IMG/VR virus record: IMGVR_UViG_3300013005_000001
Location: 1 to 64,000 of that record
Length of the DNA: 64,000 nt
Direction: 5' to 3' (one strand)
In this document: one piece after another, positions 12,051 to 22,749 of the stretch
Position numbering within the stretch: the stretch's first letter is position 1
How the letters are laid out: every line of letters starts with the position of its first letter
The notes under the pieces: model-generated
What the model saw: only the letters and a program-made list of their open reading frames with translations
Told to the model about the DNA's origin: nothing
The model's database searches: none
Made by a program: the position numbers and the translations under genes

Positions 12051-14540
12051 ATGGCTCAATTATCAACAGACACATTAGCTTATGCTCAGGTAATAAATAG
12101 TGTACAAACCTTTATAGCCAACTATGTAGAGAATAAAAACGTTTCTCCAAAAGATTTTGACACGGCATACCAGAAGCTCATATCAACTATAAGAAAATCA
12201 ATTACTGGTCCAATATCTAAACTGGACTTAATCAATAAAGGAGAAATACCATCTTCACTAAGGTTTAATGAGTTTACTAAAAAGATAACCGATGATATCA
12301 ATATCATCAATCATCAGTTTGACTCTCTTGCTGCTAACTATGTTTCGTCATTTAATAATCTTCATGATGAGATTGAGTCGGAAAAAGCATCACTACAAAG
12401 GATTAAATCTAAGATAGGTGCTCTTGAATTGTACTCCGGAAGCACTTCTAACAACATCACATACTTGGGTGACTTATTAAATAACATGGATCTTGTCGAC
12501 GCTAATAAGTCTACAAATATTTCTCTCTGTGATATATCTGATGGGATAGCGACCCTTCCTAAAAAAGAAATTAAAAAGTGGAGATCAAGTATTTCCATTT
12601 ATAATAAAAACTTTAATAATTTAAATACACAAAAAAATAATGACGTCCTTGGTGTATCAAATGGATTAAGTGGATGCAGTTTTATATACAGTAACCAGTC
12701 ATTAGGTAGTGTACAGAAGCCATTTTTGTTTGAAAAAGATTCTACAATTACAAAATCAGATCCAATAAAGATGATAGATGAAAGTCCTGTATCATTTTTT
12801 GAATATGAAGCCCTGTCTGTAGACAGATCTGGCAAACCTAGGTATGAGTTCCAGTACTTGTCAGGCTCAGAAGTTATAGATTGGTCTGATTTTGATCCCA
12901 CTAGACCGTTAAAATTAACAGTGGAGCTTAAGTCATCTTCTGCTGCTGGTGATTACATAAATTATATTTCGTTGATACCATTTTTTGGATATGATGATTT
13001 AACCCTTAATGCTCAGATTAAGAATATTCAAGTGACTTCTATTAAGCTGCACAATACAAATACCACTGATGCCCCATTAGAGGTGATAAATGAAGGTCCA
13101 GTTTTTATTGGAGCCGACATATCGGGCGCTAATATATCAAATTATAAGAACTATTTTTACAATAAGGGAATATTTAGATTTCCCGAAACATTGGCCAACA
13201 GGGTTTACATTACATTTGAACAACCAGTTTTTCAAACGGTAAGCATAAAGCATGCCTACTGGACTCCCTATGACTCTGTAAATTATCGAAACCTTTCTCC
13301 TGCACCAGGGACAGTAGCTACTACAGAAGTAAAGACTTGGAACAACCAAGATAGGTTTGATCCAACAGCTACCGGAGTCTTGCCACAAGGAGCTACTTCA
13401 ATAACATGGAATAAAGCAGCCGTAATGCCAACGCTAGAAGCTCCAAATCAAATCAAGGGAAATACAAACCAATCAGTAAAAATTGATTTAACATATTTGA
13501 CAACTTCTGATATAAACAACCCAGCCATGAAATTAACAAAAGGTTCAGAGTTCGTTTACTTCTATAATAAACAAACTCTTGGTGGCATAGAATTCTATAC
13601 CTTCAAAAGATCTGCAAGTATTAATATAAGTGAAGCAGTTCTACGAACCACCAAAAGTTTAATGACAGCAAACACTCCATGCGTACTTCTAGAGGACAAT
13701 AAAATATTACAGGACGTAAAGATTGATGTTGAAAATGTTTCTATAACTGCAGCACCATCTCAGGTCATAACAATAAAGTGTCTAGAGAGGCACGGTTTTT
13801 TAGCTGGGGCATTTGTGTTCATAAATGGTCTAGTCTCCACAGCATCTTTCAGTGGAGTGTACACAGTTGCTTCCAAAGTAGATGATTTTACTTTTACTGT
13901 GGTAAATAACAATACGGAAACCCTCCCTGTCTTAGCCTTGCAACCTGCATTAACTCTTGCGTGCTACCCATGTTATACAAAGGTTACGCTAGATAGTACG
14001 ACACCTCCTGCTACGGTATCTAATCTTTCTATCGTGACTGTTACGGCAAGACAGAGTAAGAATAATACAGAATCAATTTGGCTTAAAAGAAACTATGAGT
14101 ATCTTCCGGCTAGAAGAGCGAGTTTGGGAATTAGGGATATTTTCTTAGGAAGAGAAATATACTTAGAATCCGCTGAGATTATATCTAAACCGTTCTACGT
14201 AAATAAAGACGTTGACCTATTAAGTATAGAGGTTGCAGAATACGTTCCTCAGTCAAATGAATCTAGAACATCTATAGATTACTATATAAGCGTAGACGAC
14301 GGATTAAAATGGATACAAGTATCTCCAATGAAAAAGAATTTTGTTGGCATACCAGAGATATTATCTTTTAATCAAAATCTAGATAATACTAATATGCTTC
14401 CTCAAATAGCTTATTATAATACTCCAGAAATTCCAAGTCCAATAAAATCAATAAGATTTAGAGCAATAATGAAAAAAGCAAAGACCGGAAATTCTACTCC
14501 CATTTTAGGATCATACAAAATAGGTATAAGGTTTAAATAA
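12051..14540 (+). CDS. Baseplate/tail structural protein, paralog of neighbours
   Basis: 829 aa; N-terminal 'GEIPSSLRFN' plus coiled coil; C-terminal 'IRFRAIM...TPILGSYKI' similar to neighbours. Confidence 0.55.
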   Translation: MAQLSTDTLAYAQVINSVQTFIANYVENKNVSPKDFDTAYQKLISTIRKSITGPISKLDLINKGEIPSSLRFNEFTKKITDDINIINHQFDSLAANYVSSFNNLHDEIESEKASLQRIKSKIGALELYSGSTSNNITYLGDLLNNMDLVDANKSTNISLCDISDGIATLPKKEIKKWRSSISIYNKNFNNLNTQKNNDVLGVSNGLSGCSFIYSNQSLGSVQKPFLFEKDSTITKSDPIKMIDESPVSFFEYEALSVDRSGKPRYEFQYLSGSEVIDWSDFDPTRPLKLTVELKSSSAAGDYINYISLIPFFGYDDLTLNAQIKNIQVTSIKLHNTNTTDAPLEVINEGPVFIGADISGANISNYKNYFYNKGIFRFPETLANRVYITFEQPVFQTVSIKHAYWTPYDSVNYRNLSPAPGTVATTEVKTWNNQDRFDPTATGVLPQGATSITWNKAAVMPTLEAPNQIKGNTNQSVKIDLTYLTTSDINNPAMKLTKGSEFVYFYNKQTLGGIEFYTFKRSASINISEAVLRTTKSLMTANTPCVLLEDNKILQDVKIDVENVSITAAPSQVITIKCLERHGFLAGAFVFINGLVSTASFSGVYTVASKVDDFTFTVVNNNTETLPVLALQPALTLACYPCYTKVTLDSTTPPATVSNLSIVTVTARQSKNNTESIWLKRNYEYLPARRASLGIRDIFLGREIYLESAEIISKPFYVNKDVDLLSIEVAEYVPQSNESRTSIDYYISVDDGLKWIQVSPMKKNFVGIPEILSFNQNLDNTNMLPQIAYYNTPEIPSPIKSIRFRAIMKKAKTGNSTPILGSYKIGIRFK

Positions 14541-14541
14541 A

Positions 14542-16764
14542 ATGAGTATAGAAAATATACAAAAAGCAAGATTCTTAAATACTATTTTTAAAATGTATTA
14601 TGCACTTGGTGAAGAGCCAAGTTACAATGATATATCAATTTTGTACGGTCAATACTTTGACAGAAACAGGACTGGACAACCAGTAAGTCTTAATTACGAT
14701 GACTTAAATGCCTCTAACCTTATTGATCACGAAAAGTTAAACAGGATAATGACAACCACATTATTTAATGTCGATGTTCTCTATGATTCTTTTCATGAAG
14801 AAGTCGAAGCATTATATGAGACTGTTTCTTCTTATAAGTTTAGAATAGATCACCTAAGATCTAAGAGGGCAGAGGTTGAGAAGAAGGTGGATGACCATCT
14901 TTTCTCCCTAAAGAACACAGATGGATTCTACTACAGTGTTAGCAACGCTTTTAATGATACTGAAACAACTGACATTTCACTTACTTCAGCTTTAGTTGAT
15001 ACAGAAATTAGAAAAGTTACAATACCAAAATTAGACTCTAGTTTATTTAACTACGTTGCTAACATTCTCAATAAGCCAAACAATGCAACTGTTGAGTTGT
15101 TCTTTGACGGACAAAAGAAAAATGCGCAAACTATAGATTTCAGCAATGCATTTAATGGATTGAGCAATTCTAGATGGTCATATACATCATCAGATCAAAC
15201 AAGTGGTTATAATTCTAGTTCAATTGGCGTTTGTGTTTTGAAGATAACAGTACCCATAGAAAGCTCTAGTCAAAACGGTATATCTGTAGTTGAAGGTAGA
15301 TTGGTATCTACAAAGCAAGTAGATACTTCAGTGCTCTTAGTGGACAGTGCAGATAGGGCAAAGTCTGTTTTTGCTAGCAAGTCTGGATCATCTGACTACG
15401 ATGTTTTTTCTTTTCATTTTGATCCAAAAGTTTGTTCTAGCGTAGAAATATATTTAACCAAGGTTGAGCCAGACTATGTCAGTACTGATACAAACCAATC
15501 CCTAAAATATACCTATGGCTTTACAATAGATGAACTAGTTATATCATCGCCATATTATGATTCTTCCGCTATATATGTTAGCAATCCGGTATCTATACCA
15601 GCAGAACAAAACAGCTCCATTATGATAGACGCAGTCTCCATAGAAACAGATGACAACATACCTTCAGGATGTAATATAAATTATTACATTGCAGAGGATG
15701 TTTCTGGTGCAGATCAGTTAAACGATTTTAATTGGTTTCCGATATCTCCGACTAATGCTAGTGGATCGCTGAACGAAAAAATTGTAAACTTTAATGGAGC
15801 TGCACTAAGGTCTAGGAATGTGATAGAGCCAATACAAAACTCTATACTTCCTACTGATACTGAGCTTGTTAGAATTCCTAGAACTACAGCAAATCGTAAT
15901 CCAATAGAATCATACTTCTATCAGAATGACTATAATAACATAGGATTTAATCTATATAGATTTGCAAAAATGCCAACTGGAATAGACCCAATCACTCCAT
16001 ATATTTTAGAGAACGTAAATAGCAATCAGATAAAGATGAACATAGTTTCAGGAAGTTCTTTAAACCAGTCTGGTTGGCAAGAAGTTTTGTCTGGATATAG
16101 AAGCGATATAATACCCACCTTCTCTACCAGGTCAGTTCCAAACAGTCAAGAATTTTTTTCTACTGGATCAAGCGAAATAAATTATGGAAGTATTCATTTA
16201 GCTACAAACATTCATAGCCAAGCAGCAAGTACAATTACTAAGAATTTTTTGAAATCAATAGATGCTCAATACTGGGATATTGAAATTTATCTAAATGGAT
16301 CCTTGTTATCGAAAATAGAACCAGGTATTCTATCAAAATCTGTAACGTGGAATCTTCGTTCAGGTCAAAATAGTTTGGTTATTATAATTAATAAATCTAC
16401 AAACGGATCAAACGGAACAGAAACTTCCTTTATTGGATCCTTCAGCCTTTTTGATGGACTATCTATTTTAAATGTACCAGGAATAAAAGTCTATCAAGAT
16501 TATTTATTCCATGTAAAAATAGAAGACTTAAGGAATCTATATTCTAATACAGATAATGTTTTTTCAATAATTAATTATGAAAACAATAAAGAAATAGTAT
16601 ACAGAAGAGAAAAAGAAATAGGCGTTGGAAGCGTAGTATACTATTATGAAAATTTAAATAATGGAATTACAACATTAAGATTAAGAGCTGATCTAATGCG
16701 AGGTAAAGAAAATGCATACTCAGCACCATCTATAAACTCTTACAGAATCAAATTTAAGCACTAG
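14542..16764 (+). CDS. Baseplate/tail structural protein, paralog of neighbours
   Basis: 740 aa; coiled-coil N-terminus; C-terminal 'LRLRADLMR...APSINSYRIKF'. Confidence 0.55.
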   Translation: MSIENIQKARFLNTIFKMYYALGEEPSYNDISILYGQYFDRNRTGQPVSLNYDDLNASNLIDHEKLNRIMTTTLFNVDVLYDSFHEEVEALYETVSSYKFRIDHLRSKRAEVEKKVDDHLFSLKNTDGFYYSVSNAFNDTETTDISLTSALVDTEIRKVTIPKLDSSLFNYVANILNKPNNATVELFFDGQKKNAQTIDFSNAFNGLSNSRWSYTSSDQTSGYNSSSIGVCVLKITVPIESSSQNGISVVEGRLVSTKQVDTSVLLVDSADRAKSVFASKSGSSDYDVFSFHFDPKVCSSVEIYLTKVEPDYVSTDTNQSLKYTYGFTIDELVISSPYYDSSAIYVSNPVSIPAEQNSSIMIDAVSIETDDNIPSGCNINYYIAEDVSGADQLNDFNWFPISPTNASGSLNEKIVNFNGAALRSRNVIEPIQNSILPTDTELVRIPRTTANRNPIESYFYQNDYNNIGFNLYRFAKMPTGIDPITPYILENVNSNQIKMNIVSGSSLNQSGWQEVLSGYRSDIIPTFSTRSVPNSQEFFSTGSSEINYGSIHLATNIHSQAASTITKNFLKSIDAQYWDIEIYLNGSLLSKIEPGILSKSVTWNLRSGQNSLVIIINKSTNGSNGTETSFIGSFSLFDGLSILNVPGIKVYQDYLFHVKIEDLRNLYSNTDNVFSIINYENNKEIVYRREKEIGVGSVVYYYENLNNGITTLRLRADLMRGKENAYSAPSINSYRIKFKH

Positions 16765-16771
16765 GTATATC

Positions 16772-17203
16772 ATGACAAAAAGTTATTCAGAATTAAACAG
16801 GAAAAATTTGGTATTAGAACCAAACTTGTCTAGACAAAGGTTGGCATTTAGAGGTCCTATACCTTCAAATGTTTTGAACTTGCACTATGATCAGTTTATG
16901 GTAGACTGCGCAAGGCTCTCCAAGATGGCAGACGAGGTAGATTCTAGGGCTGATCAATTGTCCATTGACTATGCAAATGATTTCAGTTTGGCCACCCCGG
17001 ACTACTATATAGATGCAGAGTTATCGTCCAAGGTGTATAATACCTATAGTTATTATGATCACAATCAAGACGAACAGACTGTTAATACAGAGTCTTTTTT
17101 AGAAAATTTAGAATTTAAAAAATATGGAATTAATTCATCAATAATAAATTTATTAAATAATAAAATAAATATGTTAGAAGATTTAATTGGAAAAAAGGAA
17201 TAA
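16772..17203 (+). CDS. Short structural protein with the N-terminal motif of the paralog family
   Basis: 143 aa; 'FRGPIPSNVLN'; tightly packed in operon. Confidence 0.5.
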   Translation: MTKSYSELNRKNLVLEPNLSRQRLAFRGPIPSNVLNLHYDQFMVDCARLSKMADEVDSRADQLSIDYANDFSLATPDYYIDAELSSKVYNTYSYYDHNQDEQTVNTESFLENLEFKKYGINSSIINLLNNKINMLEDLIGKKE

Positions 17204-17209
17204 TTTAAA

Positions 17210-18475
17210 GTGTCAGAATTTATATACACAGAAAAAAAATCTCAACAGCACCATGGTCCAATCTCTAGTACAGATTTTAATACCAGGGTTGAACAAAATT
17301 ATTCAGACCTATTATACCTATACAACAAATATGGTATTCTAGACAAAAAAATAGCAGAGATAATAGAGAGAGTTGTAAAAGAAAACCTATTTCTAACATC
17401 TGCCTTAAACGATTTAGTAGACAGGGTAAGGGCTATGGAAAGCCTAAGCACCAACCAGATGTCTCTATATTCAAAGTCCCAAATAGACCTAACTCCATTT
17501 GCTGGAACAGAGTATTCCGTAGGAGCAGATCAACTACTTGACTATAATGAATATTACAATCAGGCTACCCTACCTAAGATTACAGGATCTTCTTTCTCTA
17601 AGATAAAATTCATTAGTGCCACAAAAGGACAGGTAATACCAGACTTCCTGCAGACGAGAATAGACAATGCTCTTTCTGGTGGAGACTCTAACGGTGCAGT
17701 TATAGACACAACCCCTGTTCAGTATGCTTTTTTAAACCAACCAGATAAGATATGGAGAAGAAACGTAATATTGAATGAGGCTAACCCATTGGGTGTCAGC
17801 TTGTATCTTTATGTTAGAATTCCATCTGGATCAATGGGTTCATCATTGGCAAACTGCATAACACTGGTGCCACACCCAGCTAGTGGCGTTAATGTGGTTA
17901 AGGTAGAATATACTACTTCGCCAAATCCATCTCTTTCCGATAAGGATAATTATCTGCCTGTTAATCCGGGGTATTACGACGGTCAATACGATGCAATAGG
18001 TAAGGTGGCCCCTGGTGGATGGTCAACTGTAGGTTCTGACACAATACATAATTCAGGTCCACTTAACTTTTACTTCGCTGAAAAAAATATAACTGCCGTT
18101 AGAGTACTGTTAAGACAAAAGAGTTATGTAATAGAAAATGACAAGTACGTATACACTTATGGTCTATCCAATATGGACGTTAGATATGATAAGTTTATGC
18201 CTACTGGAAAAACCTTTATTAAATTTACTGCACCTGACGGAAAAACCATCAATGAGATATTAAATGTTTCACCAAAGATATACAATGTTCCACAATCTCA
18301 GGTCTCTCAGATATCTTCCTATAGGGTTTTCTATCCAAGTGGAGGAACATATGGCCCAAATTCAAATACCGGGACTTCAAGTCACGTCTATATAGAGCTA
18401 ACCATGTCCATGGCAGACAATAAGATACCACCGGTTCTTTCAGACTTAATTATCCAGGCGGATTATAATCTTTAA
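17210..18475 (+). CDS. Structural protein, paralog family
   Basis: 421 aa; 'HGPISSTDFN' plus coiled coil; C-terminal 'PPVLSDLII'. Confidence 0.5.
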   Translation: MSEFIYTEKKSQQHHGPISSTDFNTRVEQNYSDLLYLYNKYGILDKKIAEIIERVVKENLFLTSALNDLVDRVRAMESLSTNQMSLYSKSQIDLTPFAGTEYSVGADQLLDYNEYYNQATLPKITGSSFSKIKFISATKGQVIPDFLQTRIDNALSGGDSNGAVIDTTPVQYAFLNQPDKIWRRNVILNEANPLGVSLYLYVRIPSGSMGSSLANCITLVPHPASGVNVVKVEYTTSPNPSLSDKDNYLPVNPGYYDGQYDAIGKVAPGGWSTVGSDTIHNSGPLNFYFAEKNITAVRVLLRQKSYVIENDKYVYTYGLSNMDVRYDKFMPTGKTFIKFTAPDGKTINEILNVSPKIYNVPQSQVSQISSYRVFYPSGGTYGPNSNTGTSSHVYIELTMSMADNKIPPVLSDLIIQADYNL

Positions 18476-18480
18476 TTGTT

Positions 18481-18508
18481 GCAAAAAGGCCTCAATCTTT
18501 TTACTATA
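18481..18508 (+). promoter_or_regulatory. Candidate phage (late) promoter GCAAAAAGG-N11-TTACTATA
   Basis: Intergenic; same two boxes with identical spacing at 51068-51095. Confidence 0.5.
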
Positions 18509-18538
18509 ACACTGTAAGGTTTCTATAAGGAGAGCAAA

Positions 18539-19174
18539 ATGGCAACTGCGTATGTAGGTCCAAGACCTATTTTAAGGGGTGTAGACTCCGACGATATGGT
18601 TAATCCATATACAACAATGACCGGCAAAACTAAGGGTACTGGAACGTATTCTTACTATCCGCTGTATAATACCAGCCAACTTTTAACCGGTGCACCAGAT
18701 AATCATCACGTACCTGGCACTGGTTACTTCCCAGGTGATGTATTTATGTCACAAATCTTTAGAGGTAGTGTATTCTACATTCACCCACTTTCTGGAACAT
18801 TCCCTAACGGCACAGCAACCTATGATGGCGCTAGATTCCGTCCAAGTGAATTCAAAGGCCTCAGTGGATCTGCTGTTTTTGGAGCCACATTCGGTCACCC
18901 AGAAAGAGAAAATGAATACAAGCTTCGCCAGTATACCTTCAAGGGTTTAGCATCAGCAGAAGCGATGAACAACGTTGGGCATGGTCCTAGAACTGATGCA
19001 CAAGGCGCACCTAATACCTTTGGAGTATTTAGACCTGAAGAAGAACATGGTGTAGCAAGCAGCAAAGTTTTCAATGCTACGTTTGGACAAGCAATTCCAA
19101 CCGGCTATAATAATGAGTATGGCAAAAATAAAGTTCAAGAGTGGCGAGGCGTTGCCTCTTCAAAAGCTCTCTAA
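18539..19174 (+). CDS. Hypothetical protein with four degenerate internal repeats
   Basis: SD AAGGAG; repeats EFKGLSGS / TFKGLASA / EHGVASSK / EWRGVASSK. Confidence 0.6.
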   Translation: MATAYVGPRPILRGVDSDDMVNPYTTMTGKTKGTGTYSYYPLYNTSQLLTGAPDNHHVPGTGYFPGDVFMSQIFRGSVFYIHPLSGTFPNGTATYDGARFRPSEFKGLSGSAVFGATFGHPERENEYKLRQYTFKGLASAEAMNNVGHGPRTDAQGAPNTFGVFRPEEEHGVASSKVFNATFGQAIPTGYNNEYGKNKVQEWRGVASSKAL

Positions 19175-19196
19175 TTACTATTCGTCTCCAATAGTA

Positions 19197-19433
19197 TTGG
19201 ACAAAGACGAAAGAGTATCTGGGTTGTATGCTTGGCTAGCTCTCTTAGCAGCAGTCGCAGCTTACGATGCTTACGCCATAAAGACTAAAAAAGTGGAAAC
19301 GCTAACAAGATTTTTTTGGAGATCAACTGAACACCCAACAAAAAGTTTGGTTCCAATATCTATTTGGCTTTTAGTAACTGGTCATCTATTACTAGAAAAA
19401 AATATTAGAAAGAATAAATTTAATCACTCATAG
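19197..19433 (+). CDS. Small two-TM membrane protein
   Basis: C-terminal part of track ORF 19074..19433 from TTG 19197; two hydrophobic segments. Confidence 0.5.
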   Translation: MDKDERVSGLYAWLALLAAVAAYDAYAIKTKKVETLTRFFWRSTEHPTKSLVPISIWLLVTGHLLLEKNIRKNKFNHS

Positions 19434-19487
19434 CACGCTAGTGCTAGCAAGCATAAACTTGTGATATACTATCACAGGCGATCTTAC

Positions 19488-19529
19488 TGAATTCCCGCCC
19501 TATAAATTTGGGGCGGGAATTCAATTTTT
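19488..19529 (+). terminator. Intrinsic terminator
   Basis: Perfect 13-bp stem TGAATTCCCGCCC/GGGCGGGAATTCA followed by ATTTTT. Confidence 0.7.
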
Positions 19530-19574
19530 ATAACCAAGTTTTATATCTTTAGATGAAGATAAAGAGGATTAACC

Positions 19575-20270
19575 ATGTCTATACAGTCCATAGAAGCGTT
19601 GGCCACAAATGGTGCGCTATCTTTTGACGTAGCAGAAAAATACCTAACGATATATCTAGGTGAAGCAGATTGGAAAGAAAAAATAGGACAACTGTGGACA
19701 GTGCAGAAAAGAAGATTAGGCGACGAGCAGCAAGCAAAAGACTTCATTAAAAAGTCCGTAGCGTGTGCATGTCTATCCCCCATAATAAATAAGTCAGCAA
19801 TACCAGACGAAAAACACGTATTGCTATTTTGGGTTGGTGGTTGGCCTCAGTTCAATGAAAGAGATTGGTTTGATTTATTTAAGTCTATAGCTAAAAAAGA
19901 TTTAGAAATAGAGAAGAATAGAAAGATTGTGCTACAGTCTGGAATCTTTAATCAGATAGATGTTTCCCCACTGACAAGACAGGCTTTTAATTGGATCTAC
20001 GAGAGAACGGATAAAGAATCATTCTCAACAGATGAAAAAAAACAAGAAGCTTTAGAGAAGGTTAAAAACTTAGTTAAAATATATGGAGGGGCGATAATCT
20101 GCAACGTCTTTACTAATTATCCAATGAACATAGAAAAAGTTTTGAACTGGAGAAGCGGATATTTTATCGAAAAAGAAATATATAAAGTATACTCTTTAGA
20201 GCAAATACTGAAAATAAAAAAAGCAGAACTAAACAAAACTAACCCAAAATACATTACAAGCATTAAATAA
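19575..20270 (+). CDS. Hypothetical protein
   Basis: 231-aa ORF with SD GAGG. Confidence 0.6.
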   Translation: MSIQSIEALATNGALSFDVAEKYLTIYLGEADWKEKIGQLWTVQKRRLGDEQQAKDFIKKSVACACLSPIINKSAIPDEKHVLLFWVGGWPQFNERDWFDLFKSIAKKDLEIEKNRKIVLQSGIFNQIDVSPLTRQAFNWIYERTDKESFSTDEKKQEALEKVKNLVKIYGGAIICNVFTNYPMNIEKVLNWRSGYFIEKEIYKVYSLEQILKIKKAELNKTNPKYITSIK

Positions 20271-20285
20271 CAGGAGAAGTATATA

Positions 20286-22382
20286 ATGAACGCACCAATC
20301 AATACAGAAGAACCACAAGTGCAGCCATCAATAAAAAATCAGTCTATGTTTATTTTTAAGATAAACGATGATTTCATTGATGGATATAGGAAGAAGAAGC
20401 CACCATTTGGCTATACCGATGCTGCAGGAAATTCTGTTGGTGAGATTACATTTTTACGTACTTACTCTAGATTAAAAGAAGATGGCACAAAAGAAACTTG
20501 GGCCGATGTTTGCGAGCGTGTTATTAATGGTATGTATTCTCTTCAAAAAGAGCACTGCAAAAAGAGTCGCCTTCCATGGAACGATGTAAAAGCTCAGGCA
20601 AGTGCCAAGGAGGCATTTGATCGCCTCTTTAATCTCAAGTGGACTCCACCAGGTCGTGGCCTTTGGATGATGGGAACCCAAACAGTTAATGTACATAAAA
20701 ACTCAGCTGCTCTACAGAACTGTGCATTCGTAAGTACTGGTGAAATGTCTAAGTTTAATCCAGCAAAGCCTTTTACATTCTTAATGGAAGCATCAATGCT
20801 TGGTGTTGGCGTTGGTTTTGATGACAAAGGTGCAGACAAAGACTTTACGATCTACGAACCAAATAAACCCGCTGTCATTGATGTCATTGCGGACGATCGT
20901 GAAAGCTGGGCTAGATCTGTTGGCGATTTAATTAATTCATATCTCAAGCAAGATCAAAGCCCTATAGACTTTGACTACTCTTTGATTAGACCATTGGGTA
21001 GTCCAATCAAAACATTTGGAGGAACAGCTTCTGGTCCAGCTCCGTTAATTAAGTTACACAAAGCAATTAAGAAAATATTTACTGGACGTGCAGGAGATAA
21101 ACTTACACGCAGAGATATAGCAGACATTGGAAACCTAATTGGCGTATGTGTTGTATCTGGCAATGTTAGACGTTCAGCTGAGTTATTAATAGGAAGAATA
21201 GATGATGAAGATTTCCTCAACTTAAAAAACTCAGAAGTTTTTCCAGAGAGAAACTCATATGACGCTGATAGTCCTGGTTGGGGATGGATGTCAAATAACT
21301 CAGTAGAAGTCTCAGTGGGACAAGACTTGTCCGCCATAGTTGACGGCATAGCTAGAAATGGTGAGCCGGGCGTTATTTGGATGGATATGTCCCGTAAGTA
21401 TGGACGTCTTGCTGACCCCGCCAACAATAAGGATCATAGAGTTGCTGGGTTTAACCCTTGTGCCGAGCAATCGCTTGAGTCATACGAATGCTGCACCTTA
21501 GTAGAGACTTACTTGGGTAGACACGATTCTCTCGATGACTACAAGCGTACATTGAAGTTTGCTTATCTTTATGCAAAAACCGTAACTCTTCTTCCAACAC
21601 ACTGGGAAGAGACAAATGCAATCATGCAGCGCAACCGCAGAATAGGAACATCTATGTCCGGTGTTGCTGACTTTGCAGATACGAACGGTATGCCAGTTCT
21701 TCGTGATTGGATGGATCAAGGCTATAAGACTATTCAAAGATATGATAATATTTATTCTGAATGGCTAGGCGTACGTGAGTCAATTAAAATGACAACTGTT
21801 AAACCTTCAGGCACAGTATCTATTCTAGCTGGAGAGTCTCCTGGGGTTCATTGGACACCAGGTGGCAAGTACTTCAATAGAACCATCAGATTCTCCAATG
21901 ATGACCCAATGCTTCCATTGTTTAAAATGGCTAATTATAAAGTTGAGCCAGCAGCAGAATCGCCAGATACAACTAGCGTTGTTTATTTTCCAATTAAATC
22001 TAATTCAGTTCGTTCTGAAAAAGATGTAACAATATTTGAAAAAATAGCACTTGCTGCAGCAGCTCAGAGATACTGGTCAGATAACTCAGTATCTGTTACT
22101 GTATCTTTTAATGCAGAGACAGAAAAGCAACACGTGGGCACCGTTCTCCACATGTATGATGGGCAGTTAAAAACAGTATCATTCCTACCTACGGGCAATG
22201 ATACATACTTGCAGATGCCTTATACTCAAATAACAGAGCAAGAGTATGAACAAGAAGGTCTAATGAAATTATTCCCCATAGACCTAACAGGAGTTTATGC
22301 TGGTATGGCTGCTGATGCAATAGGAGAAGCATATTGTACAACTGACGCTTGTGAAATAAAATTCATCAAGGATAATAGTTGA
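20286..22382 (+). CDS. nrdJ: Class II (adenosylcobalamin-dependent) monomeric ribonucleotide reductase
   Basis: PPGRGLW, ALQNC, SGNVRRSA, NPCAEQ catalytic motif, TVKPSGTVS, C-terminal CTTDAC redox pair. Confidence 0.93.
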   Translation: MNAPINTEEPQVQPSIKNQSMFIFKINDDFIDGYRKKKPPFGYTDAAGNSVGEITFLRTYSRLKEDGTKETWADVCERVINGMYSLQKEHCKKSRLPWNDVKAQASAKEAFDRLFNLKWTPPGRGLWMMGTQTVNVHKNSAALQNCAFVSTGEMSKFNPAKPFTFLMEASMLGVGVGFDDKGADKDFTIYEPNKPAVIDVIADDRESWARSVGDLINSYLKQDQSPIDFDYSLIRPLGSPIKTFGGTASGPAPLIKLHKAIKKIFTGRAGDKLTRRDIADIGNLIGVCVVSGNVRRSAELLIGRIDDEDFLNLKNSEVFPERNSYDADSPGWGWMSNNSVEVSVGQDLSAIVDGIARNGEPGVIWMDMSRKYGRLADPANNKDHRVAGFNPCAEQSLESYECCTLVETYLGRHDSLDDYKRTLKFAYLYAKTVTLLPTHWEETNAIMQRNRRIGTSMSGVADFADTNGMPVLRDWMDQGYKTIQRYDNIYSEWLGVRESIKMTTVKPSGTVSILAGESPGVHWTPGGKYFNRTIRFSNDDPMLPLFKMANYKVEPAAESPDTTSVVYFPIKSNSVRSEKDVTIFEKIALAAAAQRYWSDNSVSVTVSFNAETEKQHVGTVLHMYDGQLKTVSFLPTGNDTYLQMPYTQITEQEYEQEGLMKLFPIDLTGVYAGMAADAIGEAYCTTDACEIKFIKDNS

Positions 22383-22392
22383 TAGGATAAAA

Positions 22393-22749
22393 ATGTCTAA
22401 ATATGAAGAAGATGACATTAATAAAATGTTTTCAGAAATTATGTCTTCTAATTCAATAGAAGGTTTAAATGATTCTAAAGACCAAGAAGTAATTGATATT
22501 AAAAATCTTCTCCTAGTTCAAGAGTCTTTAATGGATGCTTTAATATGTATTAACTCAATGATATATAGGCTGTATACTGAAAAAGACTTTACTGTTTCAG
22601 AAGATACCGAAAAATATATGGCAGATCTCTATCAGGCTTCTGAGGATCTGTTCATACATACTTCCAAATCAGATGCTATACTAGATGAAATGGATTTAGA
22701 TCTGTTGAATGAAGACGATGAAGATGAAGAAGAAGAAGGCCAGAATTAA
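22393..22749 (+). CDS. Acidic hypothetical protein
   Basis: 118 aa, D/E-rich tail, SD AGGA. Confidence 0.55.
   Translation: MSKYEEDDINKMFSEIMSSNSIEGLNDSKDQEVIDIKNLLLVQESLMDALICINSMIYRLYTEKDFTVSEDTEKYMADLYQASEDLFIHTSKSDAILDEMDLDLLNEDDEDEEEEGQN

Noticed and set aside
19460-19476. CRP/GlxR site TGTGA...TCACA
   Set aside because: Spacer is 7 nt rather than the canonical 6; kept only as a generic palindrome.
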